A stretch of 64,000 nt of DNA from Sphingomonadales bacterium. GTDB taxonomy: Bacteria > Pseudomonadota > Alphaproteobacteria > Sphingomonadales > Kordiimonadaceae. Each line of letters starts with the position of its first letter. Within the stretch, counting starts at the first letter, position 1. Location of the stretch: positions 29,763-93,762 of the forward strand of contig JAALKD010000003.1 of the NCBI GenBank assembly GCA_011088215.1, given 5' to 3'. The position numbers were made by a program, and so were the translations under genes. Of this stretch, positions 1 to 10,820 are shown in pieces. The notes under the pieces are model-generated. The model was given only the letters and a program-made list of their open reading frames with translations, was not told where the DNA came from and did no database searches.

Positions 1-2467
1 CTGTGGTCCAGCGGAGGAAGAAGGTTCGTGGATTATAATCCACCAACGTGCCACCGAAGCTGAAACCATCGGTTCCTGTGAAATATTCAGTGTTCAGCAG
101 GTTCTCGATGTTGAGCGAAAGACCATTGTTTTCCCAGCGCTGATTTAATCGAAGATTGACCAGGCTGAATGATGGAACCTGCGTTGGGAATGTATCAGCC
201 GCTGCCTGAACAATACCCACTGCACCGCGTGACCGGTGGACCCATTCCACTCTTGCTGTTGTCTCGCCGCCAGCAACCTCAAAATCATACTGAAGGTTGG
301 CGGACACTGTCCATTTAGGCGCTTGGCCAATACGTTGACCTGCCAAATCCTGGTCGGAGCCGCGGAGTGAAGTAACAAACTCCACATACTCTGCATCCAG
401 ATACCCCAGTGCTGCACCAAACTGTAGTTGCGGCGTCAGCAAAGCCTGGGTTGATAGTTCAAAGCCTTTGGAGCGTGCCTTTTCCGCATTCACCGTGCGA
501 TCAACAGGCGTGATCAAACAGCCGGTTCCGACGAATTCGTCAATTGGAACAAGAACACCGTCAACATTACAAAACGACTGGCGTACCTCAACCTGCAGGT
601 CTGTCCAATTCATCAGGAACACCGCACCTTGCAAACGCAAGCGTCGATCCATCAGATATCCGTTAGCACCAACTTCGTAATTCCAGAGCTTTTCCTTGTT
701 GAAGAGACTTACGTTATCAAGGCCTGAATCCGGATTGGCTCTTGCGCCAGCGGGCTTGTAGCCCTTCGACACAGATGCATAGACGGAGAAATCATCAGAT
801 GGATTCCAGTTCAACGCAATCCGCGGAGAGAAATCAGTTGAACTGTTCTCGCCGAAAGTTCCGAGGTCCTGGGTCGCCCGTCCGCCAGAAAGGAAGGTGT
901 TGCCGTCTCCGTCCACCTGTGTATTGAGCACTAGCAGCTGCTCGGGTGAAAGGGTACAGCCTTCGCCTAGCGGATCGCCGGCAGCACGGCGCGGACAAGC
1001 CGCAAATACGTTGCTCCAGCTGTTGCTATCATCATCCTCGGAATAGCGCCCCCCGAGGATCAAGCTCAAACTATCGTCGATATGCCATTCAAGGTTACCG
1101 AAAACTGCCCAACCATCACGTTCGACATCTATATTGTTTTCGTTTGCCTTATCTCCGCGCAGCCAAGGGCCTAAGAAATCCTTGATTATGATCGCATTTT
1201 CAGCGTGGAAATCTTCTTTGTAACCAATAACGCCGACGGTCCAATCAATAGCGCCAGCGCCAACCGAACTCAGACGAAGCTCCTGGCTATAGGATTCGGT
1301 ATCGAAATAGCCACTACGATCAACACTGTCCAAACCGGATTTATCCAGATCGATGTACTGGTCCTGGGTCGATTCTGAATAGCCTGTTACAGAAACGAGC
1401 GAGAGTGTATCTGAGAAATCATGCTCGATACGACCCACATAAATACCAGCTTCGTTGTTCGTGAATGCAGGTGTGTTTTGATAGATGAAGTCTCTGTTAT
1501 CCGTCACGCTGGCTGGCGCACCGGGAATATCGCCACTTGTGATCCGGTCGGTTACTTCACCGTCAATGTCATAACAACCAACATTGCCAAGCACATTCGG
1601 ATCAAACGGATTGAAACCGAAACTCGGGTTGATACATGTGGCCAGCTTGGAAATATAATCCTGCTGATCAACGATATAGTTAACAGATAGGTCAATCGTG
1701 GTCGCATCAGAAGGTGTCCAACGCACTTGTCCTCTCACGGCAACAAAATCAGCTCCGGTATCACCGCCCGTTGGGTGGGCATTTTCGAGTTGGCCATCTG
1801 TTGTTGTCGATTGCACTGTAAAGCGGGTAGACAAATTCTCGGTAACTGGAACGTTTGCAACGCCGCTCAATTCAAATGAACTAAAAGAACCCCAGCCTGC
1901 ATCGATACGCGCATACAGCTCGTCACCCGGCTTTTTAGAGCGAATGTTGATCGCGCCGCCTTCTGAGTTTCGTCCAAAGAAAGTACCTTGCGGCCCCCTT
2001 AGAACTTCAACCGATTCCACATCGTAGACAGGAGGGTTCGCCTGCCCACTGGCAAGTGTTCCGACGCTGAATTCATCGAAATAAGTCGCAAAAGCGCTGC
2101 TGGTGCTTACTTTTTCACCGCCTTTAACGTCAGAAATGCCGCGAATGGCAATTACAATTTCTCGCGCGCCGTTACGGCCGGATTGTTGAAAGGTAACGTT
2201 AGGCGTTTGCAGCAAATAGGCTTTTGCGTCTTTAATGTTATGCTTTTCCAGCTGATCCGCACTAAACACGGACGCGCTTACAGGCACATCCAAAATAGTT
2301 TGTTCGCGCCTTTGCGCGTTTACAATAATCTCTTCCAGTTCAAATTCATTATCATCAGCGCTATCTTGCGCCGATGCTGCACCAGACAGCGCCACTGAAG
2401 CACCGAGAATTGTACTGCACAACAATCCCGCGCGTCGTCCTGTTAATGTCTCACTCTGAAACCGCAT
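1..2467 (-). CDS. TonB-dependent outer-membrane receptor (3' end truncated by the window edge)
   Basis: Not in the ORF track because the stop is outside the window. ATG at 2467 follows GGGGAAGAAG. Translation begins MRFQSETLTGRRAGLLCSTILGASVALSGAASA-QDSADDNEFELEEIIVNAQRREQTILDVPVS (signal peptide, TonB box, plug start). The last codons in the window read NPRTFFLRWTT, a typical receptor C-terminal strand. Confidence 0.93.
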   Translation of the reverse strand, partial: MRFQSETLTGRRAGLLCSTILGASVALSGAASAQDSADDNEFELEEIIVNAQRREQTILDVPVSASVFSADQLEKHNIKDAKAYLLQTPNVTFQQSGRNGAREIVIAIRGISDVKGGEKVSTSSAFATYFDEFSVGTLASGQANPPVYDVESVEVLRGPQGTFFGRNSEGGAINIRSKKPGDELYARIDAGWGSFSSFELSGVANVPVTENLSTRFTVQSTTTDGQLENAHPTGGDTGADFVAVRGQVRWTPSDATTIDLSVNYIVDQQDYISKLATCINPSFGFNPFDPNVLGNVGCYDIDGEVTDRITSGDIPGAPASVTDNRDFIYQNTPAFTNNEAGIYVGRIEHDFSDTLSLVSVTGYSESTQDQYIDLDKSGLDSVDRSGYFDTESYSQELRLSSVGAGAIDWTVGVIGYKEDFHAENAIIIKDFLGPWLRGDKANENNIDVERDGWAVFGNLEWHIDDSLSLILGGRYSEDDDSNSWSNVFAACPRRAAGDPLGEGCTLSPEQLLVLNTQVDGDGNTFLSGGRATQDLGTFGENSSTDFSPRIALNWNPSDDFSVYASVSKGYKPAGARANPDSGLDNVSLFNKEKLWNYEVGANGYLMDRRLRLQGAVFLMNWTDLQVEVRQSFCNVDGVLVPIDEFVGTGCLITPVDRTVNAEKARSKGFELSTQALLTPQLQFGAALGYLDAEYVEFVTSLRGSDQDLAGQRIGQAPKWTVSANLQYDFEVAGGETTARVEWVHRSRGAVGIVQAAADTFPTQVPSFSLVNLRLNQRWENNGLSLNIENLLNTEYFTGTDGFSFGGTLVDYNPRTFFLRWTT

Positions 2468-2928
2468 ATTCTTCTTCCCCGTTATATTGGAACGCGCTGC
2501 TTTCGGCATGTGCCGTCAGTCCACCACGACGCCGACAGAACATCATGCCCATGCGCGCGACCTGTTTTGATCAATGCGGTCCGAACGGGAAGGGGGCGCC
2601 CTTCTACTGTTACGCAGAAATAATTAATATCCCACTTCGAACTAGCTCTGAGAGTAAGAGGCGACAATGGCCAGAAACAAATGAGTATAATTTACAAGCC
2701 ATTACTGTTTCTCATGACCAAATTCACACCTGAAAAATATGATCAAAATGATTGATTTCTTGACCTGTTTCGAAGAAAAAAACTAAGAAAAATAACGTCT
2801 ACCTAATTGAAATATTTGACTATTTTATGTGCCTGTGAGCGAAAAAGGAAGGCGACAAAAACCCCACCCAGTCCCCAGATGGTTAGTTGCATTCAATTGA
2901 TACGAAGGTTATAATTTTAAGTATAAAG

Positions 2929-4419
2929 TTAGTGTGCAATGTTGACTAAAACAGATCGCATTTCACAATATTGTAGCAATCCTTCAAGCCCAGCTTCCCG
3001 ACCCCAGCCGGATTGCTTAAATCCACCAAAAGGCATGGCCATGTCTGGCAACCCGTGACAATTCACCCAACTGATTCCAGCCCGAATTTGTCGGATGATT
3101 TGGTGAGCCTTTCCAACATTGCTTGTCCATACACTCGCGGCCAGGCCGTAGTCGCTTGCGTTGGCGCGAGAGATTACATCTTCCAGATCGTCAAAGGCTT
3201 GTACAACGAGAACGGGGCCAAAAACTTCTTCTGTGGCGATGAGCATTTTGTCGTCCACATCAACCAAAACAGTTGGTCTCATAAAGAAACCGTCTCGTTT
3301 TATTCTGGTTCCCCCAGCTGCAACGCAAGCGCCTGATTTTTCCGCCTCTTGGATGAAGCCAAGCACAGATTGCAGGTGAGTTTCCGAAATAAGCGGGCCC
3401 ATTTCGTTTGCTTCGTCGAAGCCCTCACCCACTTGAATGTTATTGGTATGTTGCACTAACTTCTGGACAAATTCGTCATATATTGGCCGCTCCACATACA
3501 GGCGAGAGCCCGCAACACAAACCTGTCCAGCGCCGGAAAAAATGCCCGCCGCTACGCCTTCGACAGTCTTGTCCATATCGCAGTCGGCCAAGACAATTGC
3601 CGGGGATTTGCCGCCCAATTCGAGTGTCAGTTTTTTCAAATTCCCTTTCGCGGCTTCAAGTAACTGTTTGCCCGTCGCAGTAGAGCCAGTGAAAGAAATC
3701 TTATCCACCAGCGGGCTTTCTGATATCGCCGCGCCGACGACACTACCACTGCCGGGAACAATATTCACAACACCCGCAGGCACGCCTGCCAGCATCAATA
3801 ATTCGCCAAGATAGAGTGTAGACAAACAAGTTTGTTCTGCAGGCTTAACGACGCAGCTGCAGCCAGCCGCAAGTGCAGGCGCCAACTTCCAGGCCGCCAT
3901 CACCAACGGACCATTCCATGGTAGAATCATCCCAACAACGCCGACAGGCTCATATTCTGTATAACAATGAAAAGGAGCGTTTCCTGCGCTGGAAATTCTG
4001 CTTGTTTTGCCTTCCAGTTTGGTTGTCCATCCCGCATAATAACGAAAACTCTCTGCTGCCATGGGAACTTCGCCGTTTTTAGCGGCGTCAAACAATTTCC
4101 CACCGTCGAGCACCTCAAGTTCCGCAAGGACATCGGCGTGTTCTTCGATGAGGTCCGCGACCTTCCACAGTATTTTAGCTTTTTCTGCTGGCGTTTTATC
4201 TTGCCACGACCGTTCATCGAATGAACGGCGGGCGGCCTCGATAGCTGCAGTTGCATCATCTCGCGAAGCGCCGCAAACTGTCGCGATATTGTTGCCGGTA
4301 GCTGGATCTATGCAGGGAATAGCCTGACTTACCGGTGTTGAACGCCATTCACCGCAAATCAAAAACGGCCTTGTTTCGGAGGTAAATTTGCGAGTAGCTG
4401 TGCTGTGAACATGTGTCAT
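2929..4419 (-). CDS. NAD(P)-dependent aldehyde dehydrogenase, phenylacetaldehyde-dehydrogenase-like
   Basis: Motifs PWNGP, KPAEQT, SFTGSTATGK, catalytic Glu in LELGGKSP, catalytic Cys in AGQVCVAGSR, EEVFGPV, PFGGFKQSGWGRE. Confidence 0.9.
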   Translation of the reverse strand: MTHVHSTATRKFTSETRPFLICGEWRSTPVSQAIPCIDPATGNNIATVCGASRDDATAAIEAARRSFDERSWQDKTPAEKAKILWKVADLIEEHADVLAELEVLDGGKLFDAAKNGEVPMAAESFRYYAGWTTKLEGKTSRISSAGNAPFHCYTEYEPVGVVGMILPWNGPLVMAAWKLAPALAAGCSCVVKPAEQTCLSTLYLGELLMLAGVPAGVVNIVPGSGSVVGAAISESPLVDKISFTGSTATGKQLLEAAKGNLKKLTLELGGKSPAIVLADCDMDKTVEGVAAGIFSGAGQVCVAGSRLYVERPIYDEFVQKLVQHTNNIQVGEGFDEANEMGPLISETHLQSVLGFIQEAEKSGACVAAGGTRIKRDGFFMRPTVLVDVDDKMLIATEEVFGPVLVVQAFDDLEDVISRANASDYGLAASVWTSNVGKAHQIIRQIRAGISWVNCHGLPDMAMPFGGFKQSGWGREAGLEGLLQYCEMRSVLVNIAH

Positions 4420-4422
4420 TAT

Positions 4423-5511
4423 TTATGTCCGCATATAGCTGGTTATCGATCTAATGAATGCTTCGTTTTCTTCTGCGAGCCCAACAGAAACACGAAGACA
4501 TCGTTCTGGGCCCCCTGAATTAACTGGCCGCGGAATGATCCCGTCCGCGATCAAATGCGTCCATGCGCCTTCCGGAGAATGATGGCTTTCAGGGAATCGC
4601 ATCAGAATAAAATTGGTTACGCTTGGATACACATGCAGCCCGAGACCCGACAAGGCGGTCATCATTTTATCCCGCCAGCTATTATTATAGTCGCGTATTT
4701 TGTCGGCATATTCTCGGTCCGCTATTGCGGCAGCAGCAGCAGCCATTGCAGCAGCGTTTGCATTAAAGGGCGTGCGCAACCGCTGCATTAGCTCGATGAT
4801 ATAGGCGGGGCCATACGACCAACCGATGCGTAGCCCCGCCAAGCCATAGAGCTTTGAAAAAGTTCGAGTTACGATGACATTGCTTGCATCTTTTGCCAGA
4901 CCGAGACCGCAGTCATAATCTGATGCAGTTACATATTCAGCGTAGGCACCATCTACTAACAATAACACATGCTTCGGCAGTGCTGCATGCAGCCGGTGAA
5001 GTTCACTTTTACTCATGTAGGTTCCCGGCGGATTGTTCGGTGTGGAAATAGCGACCAGTTTCGTTTTTTCCGTCACCTCCGCCAGGATATTATCCACACT
5101 CATCATGCAGTCTGGCTCTTTTGCCGTGCGAACAACGGCGCCTTGAGCAAATGCATGCAGTTTGCAAATTCCAAAGCAATATTCACTGATTATTGCTTCG
5201 TCTCCAGCACCCAAAAAGGTGCGGATCATAATCTGCATTAATTCTTCCGAACCGTTACCACAAATGATCCGTGCTGGATCAAGACCGTATACGTCAGCAA
5301 TTGCGCCGCGAAGCTCGGACTGACCGCCGTCAGGGTATCTGAAAAGGTTTGTCGCCTTATGAGAATATGCTTCGATGGCCTTGGGGCTTGGCCCCAACGG
5401 CGATTCATTGGAAGAAAGCTTTATAGGGTTTTCAATACCATCAATTGAACTTTGGCCCTGAACATAAGGAGCCAGCTCTTCAATCTCCGGACGTGCTTTT
5501 ACCAACAACAT
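4423..5511 (-). CDS. hisC: HisC-family PLP aminotransferase (histidinol-phosphate or aromatic amino acid)
   Basis: IKLSSNESP, ICGNGSEE, PNNPPG, DGAYAEY and PLP-lysine motif TRTFSKLYGLAGLRIG. The stop lies 3 bp before the ALDH start. Context suggests a catabolic paralog. Confidence 0.85.
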   Translation of the reverse strand: MLLVKARPEIEELAPYVQGQSSIDGIENPIKLSSNESPLGPSPKAIEAYSHKATNLFRYPDGGQSELRGAIADVYGLDPARIICGNGSEELMQIMIRTFLGAGDEAIISEYCFGICKLHAFAQGAVVRTAKEPDCMMSVDNILAEVTEKTKLVAISTPNNPPGTYMSKSELHRLHAALPKHVLLLVDGAYAEYVTASDYDCGLGLAKDASNVIVTRTFSKLYGLAGLRIGWSYGPAYIIELMQRLRTPFNANAAAMAAAAAAIADREYADKIRDYNNSWRDKMMTALSGLGLHVYPSVTNFILMRFPESHHSPEGAWTHLIADGIIPRPVNSGGPERCLRVSVGLAEENEAFIRSITSYMRT

Positions 5512-5799
5512 AATATTCCCCGACGGATTAACTCTACAGCATCACTAAAGAAGCTATTCGCTTCCGCGGCCAATGCGCTCTTATTACGCCTTAGGGTGAG
5601 GCCTGACGCACACAATACAAATGATTGTTATTAATCTGCTTATTAATAAATTTTACCCATTCGCAGATATCTGCAGAGAAATAAAAAAAGCTAATGACTA
5701 ATTATAAAGCGTCATTTGCTGCGAGCTGTTCCCTCTCGGTAAAAAATGGAAACGCTATGCCCCTTGGTGTCGGCGCTTTCTTTTTGAGTTGGAGTTTTT

Positions 5800-7431
5800 A
5801 TGGCCCGATTATCTGGTGCTGACGCGATATTGCAATCTCTTATCGCCAATGACGTAGACACAATTTTTGGACTGCCTGGCGGGCAGCTCGATCATTTCTT
5901 TGACGCGATGTATAAGTCATCCGACAAAGTAAAATTGATCGGCACGCGCCACGAGCAGGGCGCAGCCTACATGGCTTTCGGCTACGCACGATCAACAGGC
6001 AAAGTTGGAACATACACAGTTGTTCCTGGCCCGGGCGTATTGAATTCGACTGCCGCATTGTGCAGTGCATATGCCACCGATGCGCCGGTTCTATGTGTCA
6101 CGGGGCAAATTCCATCTGGTTCCATTGGCAAAGGTTACGGCGAACTGCACGAGTTGCCCGACCAATTGGCCACGATGAAAAGTCTTACCAAATACGCAGA
6201 ACGTATCGACAGCCCCGACGGCGCGCCAGCTATAATCGACAAGGCATTTGCAGCGCTAAAGTCTGGTAGGCCTCGCCCGGTCTCCCTTGAAATGCCTATG
6301 GATATTATGGCGAATGAGGCCGATGTCGATATCCTGCCCAAATATCAGACCCCAGCAACTGAAGTAGATCCAGATGCCATTGCGAATGCTGCAAAGCATA
6401 TAGCTGCCGCAAAGAGTCCACTGATAATAGTGGGCGGAGGTGCAATCGGCGCGGCCGCAGAAGTTGTTGAGTTGGCTGAAATGTTGCAGGCCCCAGTGTC
6501 TTCTTTCCGAAGTGGTCGCGGTATTGTTAGCGACGAACATTATTTGGGCGTCAACTTGCCCGCAGGATATAAATTATGGGGCGAAGCCGATCTGGTGATC
6601 GGTGTTGGCACGCGGTTACAACTCCAACAGCAATATTGGGGCGTTGACGACAGCATGAAAATTGTCCGCATTGACATTGACCCCGAAGAAATTGACCGAA
6701 TCAATCCCGCCACCGTCGGTATTGTGTCTGATGCTAAGCTAGCGCTAAACGCATTGATAACGAAGTTACAAACATCCCTCGATAGCCGGGCCAGTCGGCA
6801 AGAAGAATTGACTGCTTTGAAAGCGGAAATTCGCTTGCAAACCGAAACTGTTCAGCCGCAGATGTCCTATCTGGATGTTATCCGCGAGGAATTGCCAAGA
6901 GACGGTATTTTCTGTGATGAGATTACCCAGGTTGGCTATACGTCCTGGTATGGTTTCCCAGTATACAAACCTCGACAGCTAATAACATGCGGCTACCAGG
7001 GAACGCTTGGGTATGGTTATGCCACCGCACTTGGTGTGAAAGTAGCGCACCCTGACAAGGCAGTTGTCTCAATTACTGGCGATGGAGGCTTTTTGTTTAC
7101 GGCAACAGAACTTGCAACAGCTGTTCAGTATGGCATTGGATTGGTGACAATCATTTTCAACAACAATAAGTTCCTGAACGTGCAACGGCAGCAAAACGAA
7201 TGGTTTGGCGGAAGAAAAATTGCCTCCGATCTGCATAATCCGGACTTTGTAAAATTTGCTGAAAGTTTCGGCGCAGCCGCTTACCGCACCAATTCGCCTG
7301 AGGGACTACGAGGCCTAATCAGAAAAGGATTGGCGAACACAAGTGGTCCCACAATCATCGAAGTGTCTATAGACAAGGATATGGCTTCACCTTGGAAGCA
7401 TATTATTACGCCGCCCAATCGCGGAGTATAG
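5800..7431 (+). CDS. Thiamine-diphosphate-dependent enzyme (acetolactate-synthase-like / 2-oxoacid decarboxylase family)
   Basis: IFGLPGGQ, RHEQGAAYMA, and TPP motif GDGGFLFT...IFNNN. No ilvH/ilvC nearby. Confidence 0.88.
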   Translation: MARLSGADAILQSLIANDVDTIFGLPGGQLDHFFDAMYKSSDKVKLIGTRHEQGAAYMAFGYARSTGKVGTYTVVPGPGVLNSTAALCSAYATDAPVLCVTGQIPSGSIGKGYGELHELPDQLATMKSLTKYAERIDSPDGAPAIIDKAFAALKSGRPRPVSLEMPMDIMANEADVDILPKYQTPATEVDPDAIANAAKHIAAAKSPLIIVGGGAIGAAAEVVELAEMLQAPVSSFRSGRGIVSDEHYLGVNLPAGYKLWGEADLVIGVGTRLQLQQQYWGVDDSMKIVRIDIDPEEIDRINPATVGIVSDAKLALNALITKLQTSLDSRASRQEELTALKAEIRLQTETVQPQMSYLDVIREELPRDGIFCDEITQVGYTSWYGFPVYKPRQLITCGYQGTLGYGYATALGVKVAHPDKAVVSITGDGGFLFTATELATAVQYGIGLVTIIFNNNKFLNVQRQQNEWFGGRKIASDLHNPDFVKFAESFGAAAYRTNSPEGLRGLIRKGLANTSGPTIIEVSIDKDMASPWKHIITPPNRGV

Positions 7432-7496
7432 AAATCGGTAGCCAGCAAATGACTTAGGTTTAGCTTTGGCGCGCGACATTATAGCGCTAGGGCCAT

Positions 7497-8405
7497 TCAA
7501 GTAAGATTCATCGTATCGCAAAAGTCATTCGCTTCCGAAATGAGCCATTTTTTGAACACGCGAATTTTGTGTTGATCAGATGTGTTTTTAGCCGAAACCA
7601 TATAATAGGAAAACCGGCATGGCAGGCTTTCTTCAAACGGACGGACCAAATCGCCGCGTGCGATAGCATCTGCCACTAACACGTCCCGCCCAAGCGCCAC
7701 GCCTTCCCCGTTTAAGGCAGCTTGCAATACCAATTGAGAATTGCTGAAAGTAGGCCCTTTGGAAGAATCTACGTCTTCGAGGCCAACATGGCTGAGCCAA
7801 TCTGACCAACCAACGTTCATCACATCATGCAAAAGCGAATGTTTGGCGATATCACCTGGTTTCCTTAGAGGTTTTTCCGCAAGTAATTCTGGGCTGCAAA
7901 CCGGGAACAATGTTTCCTTAAGCAGCACATCCGCTTGCATATGCTGCCAGCGGCCCTCGCCGTAGCGGATATCCAAGTCAACGTCTCCGTCCAGCAGAAG
8001 ATCGCTTTCCTGCCGACTGGTTACCAGGTGCACATTCAGGTCCGGATATCGGTCGCGGAATTTTTTCAATCTCGGCAACAGCCAGATGGATGCAAAGGAA
8101 CTAAGAGCAGAAACGCTCAGTGTTTTAACATTGTCCTGGTCCATCAACTTGGCAGTGGCACCGCCCATAAGGTCGAAGGCCTCGGTAAGCGGGCCCAGAT
8201 ATTCTTGTCCTTCTTCAGTTAGCTTCAGGCCTCTGTTCAGGCGCTGAAACAGCATAACACCCAACCACTCCTCCAGGGCTTTAATCTGATGGCTAACAGC
8301 CGCTTGCGTTACATGCAGCTCATCTGCCGCCTTGGTAAAGCTTAGGTGTCGCCCAGCGGCTTCAAAGACCCTCATCGCATTTATTGGCGGCAATCTGCGT
8401 CCCAT
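7497..8405 (-). CDS. gcvA: LysR-family regulator, GcvA-like
   Basis: RRLPPINAMRVFEAAGRHLSFTKAADELHVTQAAVSHQIKALEE helix-turn-helix and WLLPRL. Start trimmed to ATG 8405. The symbol reflects similarity only. Confidence 0.88.
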   Translation of the reverse strand: MGRRLPPINAMRVFEAAGRHLSFTKAADELHVTQAAVSHQIKALEEWLGVMLFQRLNRGLKLTEEGQEYLGPLTEAFDLMGGATAKLMDQDNVKTLSVSALSSFASIWLLPRLKKFRDRYPDLNVHLVTSRQESDLLLDGDVDLDIRYGEGRWQHMQADVLLKETLFPVCSPELLAEKPLRKPGDIAKHSLLHDVMNVGWSDWLSHVGLEDVDSSKGPTFSNSQLVLQAALNGEGVALGRDVLVADAIARGDLVRPFEESLPCRFSYYMVSAKNTSDQHKIRVFKKWLISEANDFCDTMNLT

Positions 8406-8543
8406 AAAACTCTTCCCAAAGTGCGTCAATAACAGCCATGAATAATACTAACAGGCTGATGACGAACGTTCGTTTGAACGACCTTCCTACAAAACATACG
8501 CTTTCTGCCAGCAATATCAACGTAGTTTCAGGAAGTTAGCCGG

Positions 8544-9752
8544 ATGAAAATTACTAAAGCCCAGGTTATTGTCACTTGTCCCGGTCGAAATTTCGTCACT
8601 TTGAAAATCCATACTAACGAAGGTCTCTACGGAATTGGTGATGCAACTCTGAACGGCAGGGAAAAGGCCGTTGTTTCCTATTTGGAAGACTATGTTGCCC
8701 CTTGTCTTATCGGTAAGGACCCTGAGCGCATTGAGGACATATGGCAGTATCTGTACCGCGGATGTTATTGGCGGCGTGGCCCTGTGACAATGAGCGCAAT
8801 CGCCGCAGTAGATACTGCTTTATGGGACATAAAAGCAAAAGCCGCAGATATGCCTCTGTACCAACTACTCGGTGGAGCAAGCCGGGACAGCGTGATGGTG
8901 TACGGCCATGCAAACGGTACAAATATCGAAGAAACTATCGAGGAAGTCGGAAAATATACTGACCTGGGCTACAAAGCCATTCGCGCCCAAACCGGTATTC
9001 CCGGTATTCCGTCCACGTACGGCGTGTCAAAAGATAAGATGTTTTATGAACCCGCAGACGCCGAATTTCCTTCCGAAAATGTTTGGTCTACCGAGAAATA
9101 TCTGGATCATACACCCAAGCTTTTTGAAAAAATTCGTGGCACCTACGGTTTTGACCATCATCTTCTGCATGATGTGCATCATCGCTTAACTCCAATCGAG
9201 GCAGGCCGGCTTGGCAAATCACTGGAACCCTATCGCCTTTTCTGGATGGAAGACTGTGTGGCGGCAGACAATGTGGAAAGCCTTAAACTAGTCAGGCAGC
9301 ACACAGTGACACCTCTTGCCATTGGCGAGATTTTCAACAGCGTGTGGGATTGCAAGGATATGATCACCAACCAGTTGATCGATTATATCCGCACAACGGT
9401 CGTTCATGCTGGCGGCATTACTCACCTGAAGCAAATCGCCTCATTGGCCAGCCTATATCATGTCCGTACTGGCTGTCACGGCGCAACAGACCTGTCGCCC
9501 GTATGTATGGGTGCGTCGCTGAATTTTAACCTGTGGGTACCAAATTTTGGAATTCAGGAATATATGCGTCACACGCCAGAAACCGATGAAGTCTTTCCGC
9601 ACGCATATAGTTTCAACAAGGGCGCGTTGCACCCGGGGAATACGCCCGGCCACGGAGTTGACATTGACGAAAAGCTAGCAGCGAAATATCCTTACAAACG
9701 GGCGTATCTTCCGGTAAACCGGCTTGAAGACGGCACTATGTGCAATTGGTAA
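8544..9752 (+). CDS. manD: D-mannonate dehydratase (RspA/ManD, enolase superfamily)
   Basis: [73 protein letters not shown]. Confidence 0.95.
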   Translation: MKITKAQVIVTCPGRNFVTLKIHTNEGLYGIGDATLNGREKAVVSYLEDYVAPCLIGKDPERIEDIWQYLYRGCYWRRGPVTMSAIAAVDTALWDIKAKAADMPLYQLLGGASRDSVMVYGHANGTNIEETIEEVGKYTDLGYKAIRAQTGIPGIPSTYGVSKDKMFYEPADAEFPSENVWSTEKYLDHTPKLFEKIRGTYGFDHHLLHDVHHRLTPIEAGRLGKSLEPYRLFWMEDCVAADNVESLKLVRQHTVTPLAIGEIFNSVWDCKDMITNQLIDYIRTTVVHAGGITHLKQIASLASLYHVRTGCHGATDLSPVCMGASLNFNLWVPNFGIQEYMRHTPETDEVFPHAYSFNKGALHPGNTPGHGVDIDEKLAAKYPYKRAYLPVNRLEDGTMCNW

Positions 9753-9760
9753 TCAACGCG

Positions 9761-10792
9761 TTATCGGTTAACCCGGCCCACGCTGTGGCCGCGCATCAGC
9801 TCTTCCACCTCAAATACGGTTGCCCGATTTACATCCCCGGGAATTGTGTGTTTCAAGCACGCAGCAGCGGTGGCAAAATTAATGACTCTCTGGCCTTTGG
9901 CTTGTGTCATCAGGCCGTATATTACACCTGCGGCAAAAGCATCACCACCGCCTATACGGTCGACGATATGGGGCATTTCATACGTTGGACTAATAAAATA
10001 ACCGTCCCGACTTCTTAAACCCGCCGCAAGATTGTTATGGTCTGCCGATACATGCTGCCTGAAAGTGCTAGTCATCACTGAAAGATTGGGAAAAGCATCG
10101 AACATTTGCTCTGTCAGGGCAAAAAAGCCACCGGTAGAATCAAGAGCGGCCTTCTGATTACTAACGCCCAGATATTCTGTACAGTCCCGTTCACTGGCAA
10201 ACAATATGTCCACTTGTCCAACAATTTCCGGAAATATTTCTGATGCTGGCTGTTGATTTTTTTCCCAAAGCTTCTTCCGAAAATTAAAATCAAAAGAAAC
10301 GGGAATGTTGCGTTTCTTTGCTTCTGAAATTGCTGCGAGCGAAAGCTTGGTTAAACGGGCATTCAGCGACGGCGTAATTCCGGATAAATGGAACCAGTTG
10401 CAATTTTCAAAAATCAATGCCCACTCGATATCTTCCAAACGTAGTCGTGAAAAAGCCGAGTCCTCGCGGTCATAGAGAATATTCGTGGGCCGCTGGGCAG
10501 CGCCAGTTTCCATGAAATACAAACCAAACCGACCGCCGCTGATCAACACCTGATCAACGCCTACTCCTTTAGCACGAACCTCCGTAAGACACGCCGCGCC
10601 CAGTTCATTGTCCGGCACGGCACTTACAAAGCTTGTGTCCATGCCAAACTGCGCCAGCGATGCCAATACATTATACTCTGAACCACCAAACCGCACCTCC
10701 ATCAAGGGCGACTGCAGCATCCGTTCGTGACCCTGCGATTTGATGCGCAGCAATATTTCACCAAATCCAACTATTTTAGGAGTTTCATTCAT
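9761..10792 (-). CDS. kdgK: 2-keto-3-deoxygluconate kinase (PfkB family)
   Basis: FGEILLRI, FGGSEYNV, YDREDSAF, WFHLSGITP, DFNFRKKLW, IVDRIGGGDAFAAG. SD GGAGG precedes ATG 10792. Confidence 0.9.
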   Translation of the reverse strand: MNETPKIVGFGEILLRIKSQGHERMLQSPLMEVRFGGSEYNVLASLAQFGMDTSFVSAVPDNELGAACLTEVRAKGVGVDQVLISGGRFGLYFMETGAAQRPTNILYDREDSAFSRLRLEDIEWALIFENCNWFHLSGITPSLNARLTKLSLAAISEAKKRNIPVSFDFNFRKKLWEKNQQPASEIFPEIVGQVDILFASERDCTEYLGVSNQKAALDSTGGFFALTEQMFDAFPNLSVMTSTFRQHVSADHNNLAAGLRSRDGYFISPTYEMPHIVDRIGGGDAFAAGVIYGLMTQAKGQRVINFATAAACLKHTIPGDVNRATVFEVEELMRGHSVGRVNR

Positions 10793-10820
10793 ATTGCCTC
10801 CCAACCTGGACAAGTCGCGG

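Noticed and set aside
2468-2700. Possible riboswitch in the first receptor's leader (hairpin GAAGGG/CCCTTC at 2589-2604)
   Set aside because: No cobalamin, TPP or other riboswitch core that I could recognise; a 6-bp stem alone is weak evidence.
145-2733. Many short ORFs in the track between 145 and 2733
   Set aside because: Most overlap the long minus-strand TonB receptor frame that the track missed; the rest (2374-2733, 2482-2667) have no SD or recognisable motif.
5630-5674. ATTAAT-N6-ATTAAT and palindrome GCAGATATCTGC in the hisC/TPP divergent promoter
   Set aside because: Each occurs once and neither fits LysR T-N11-A spacing cleanly; plausible operators but unsupported.
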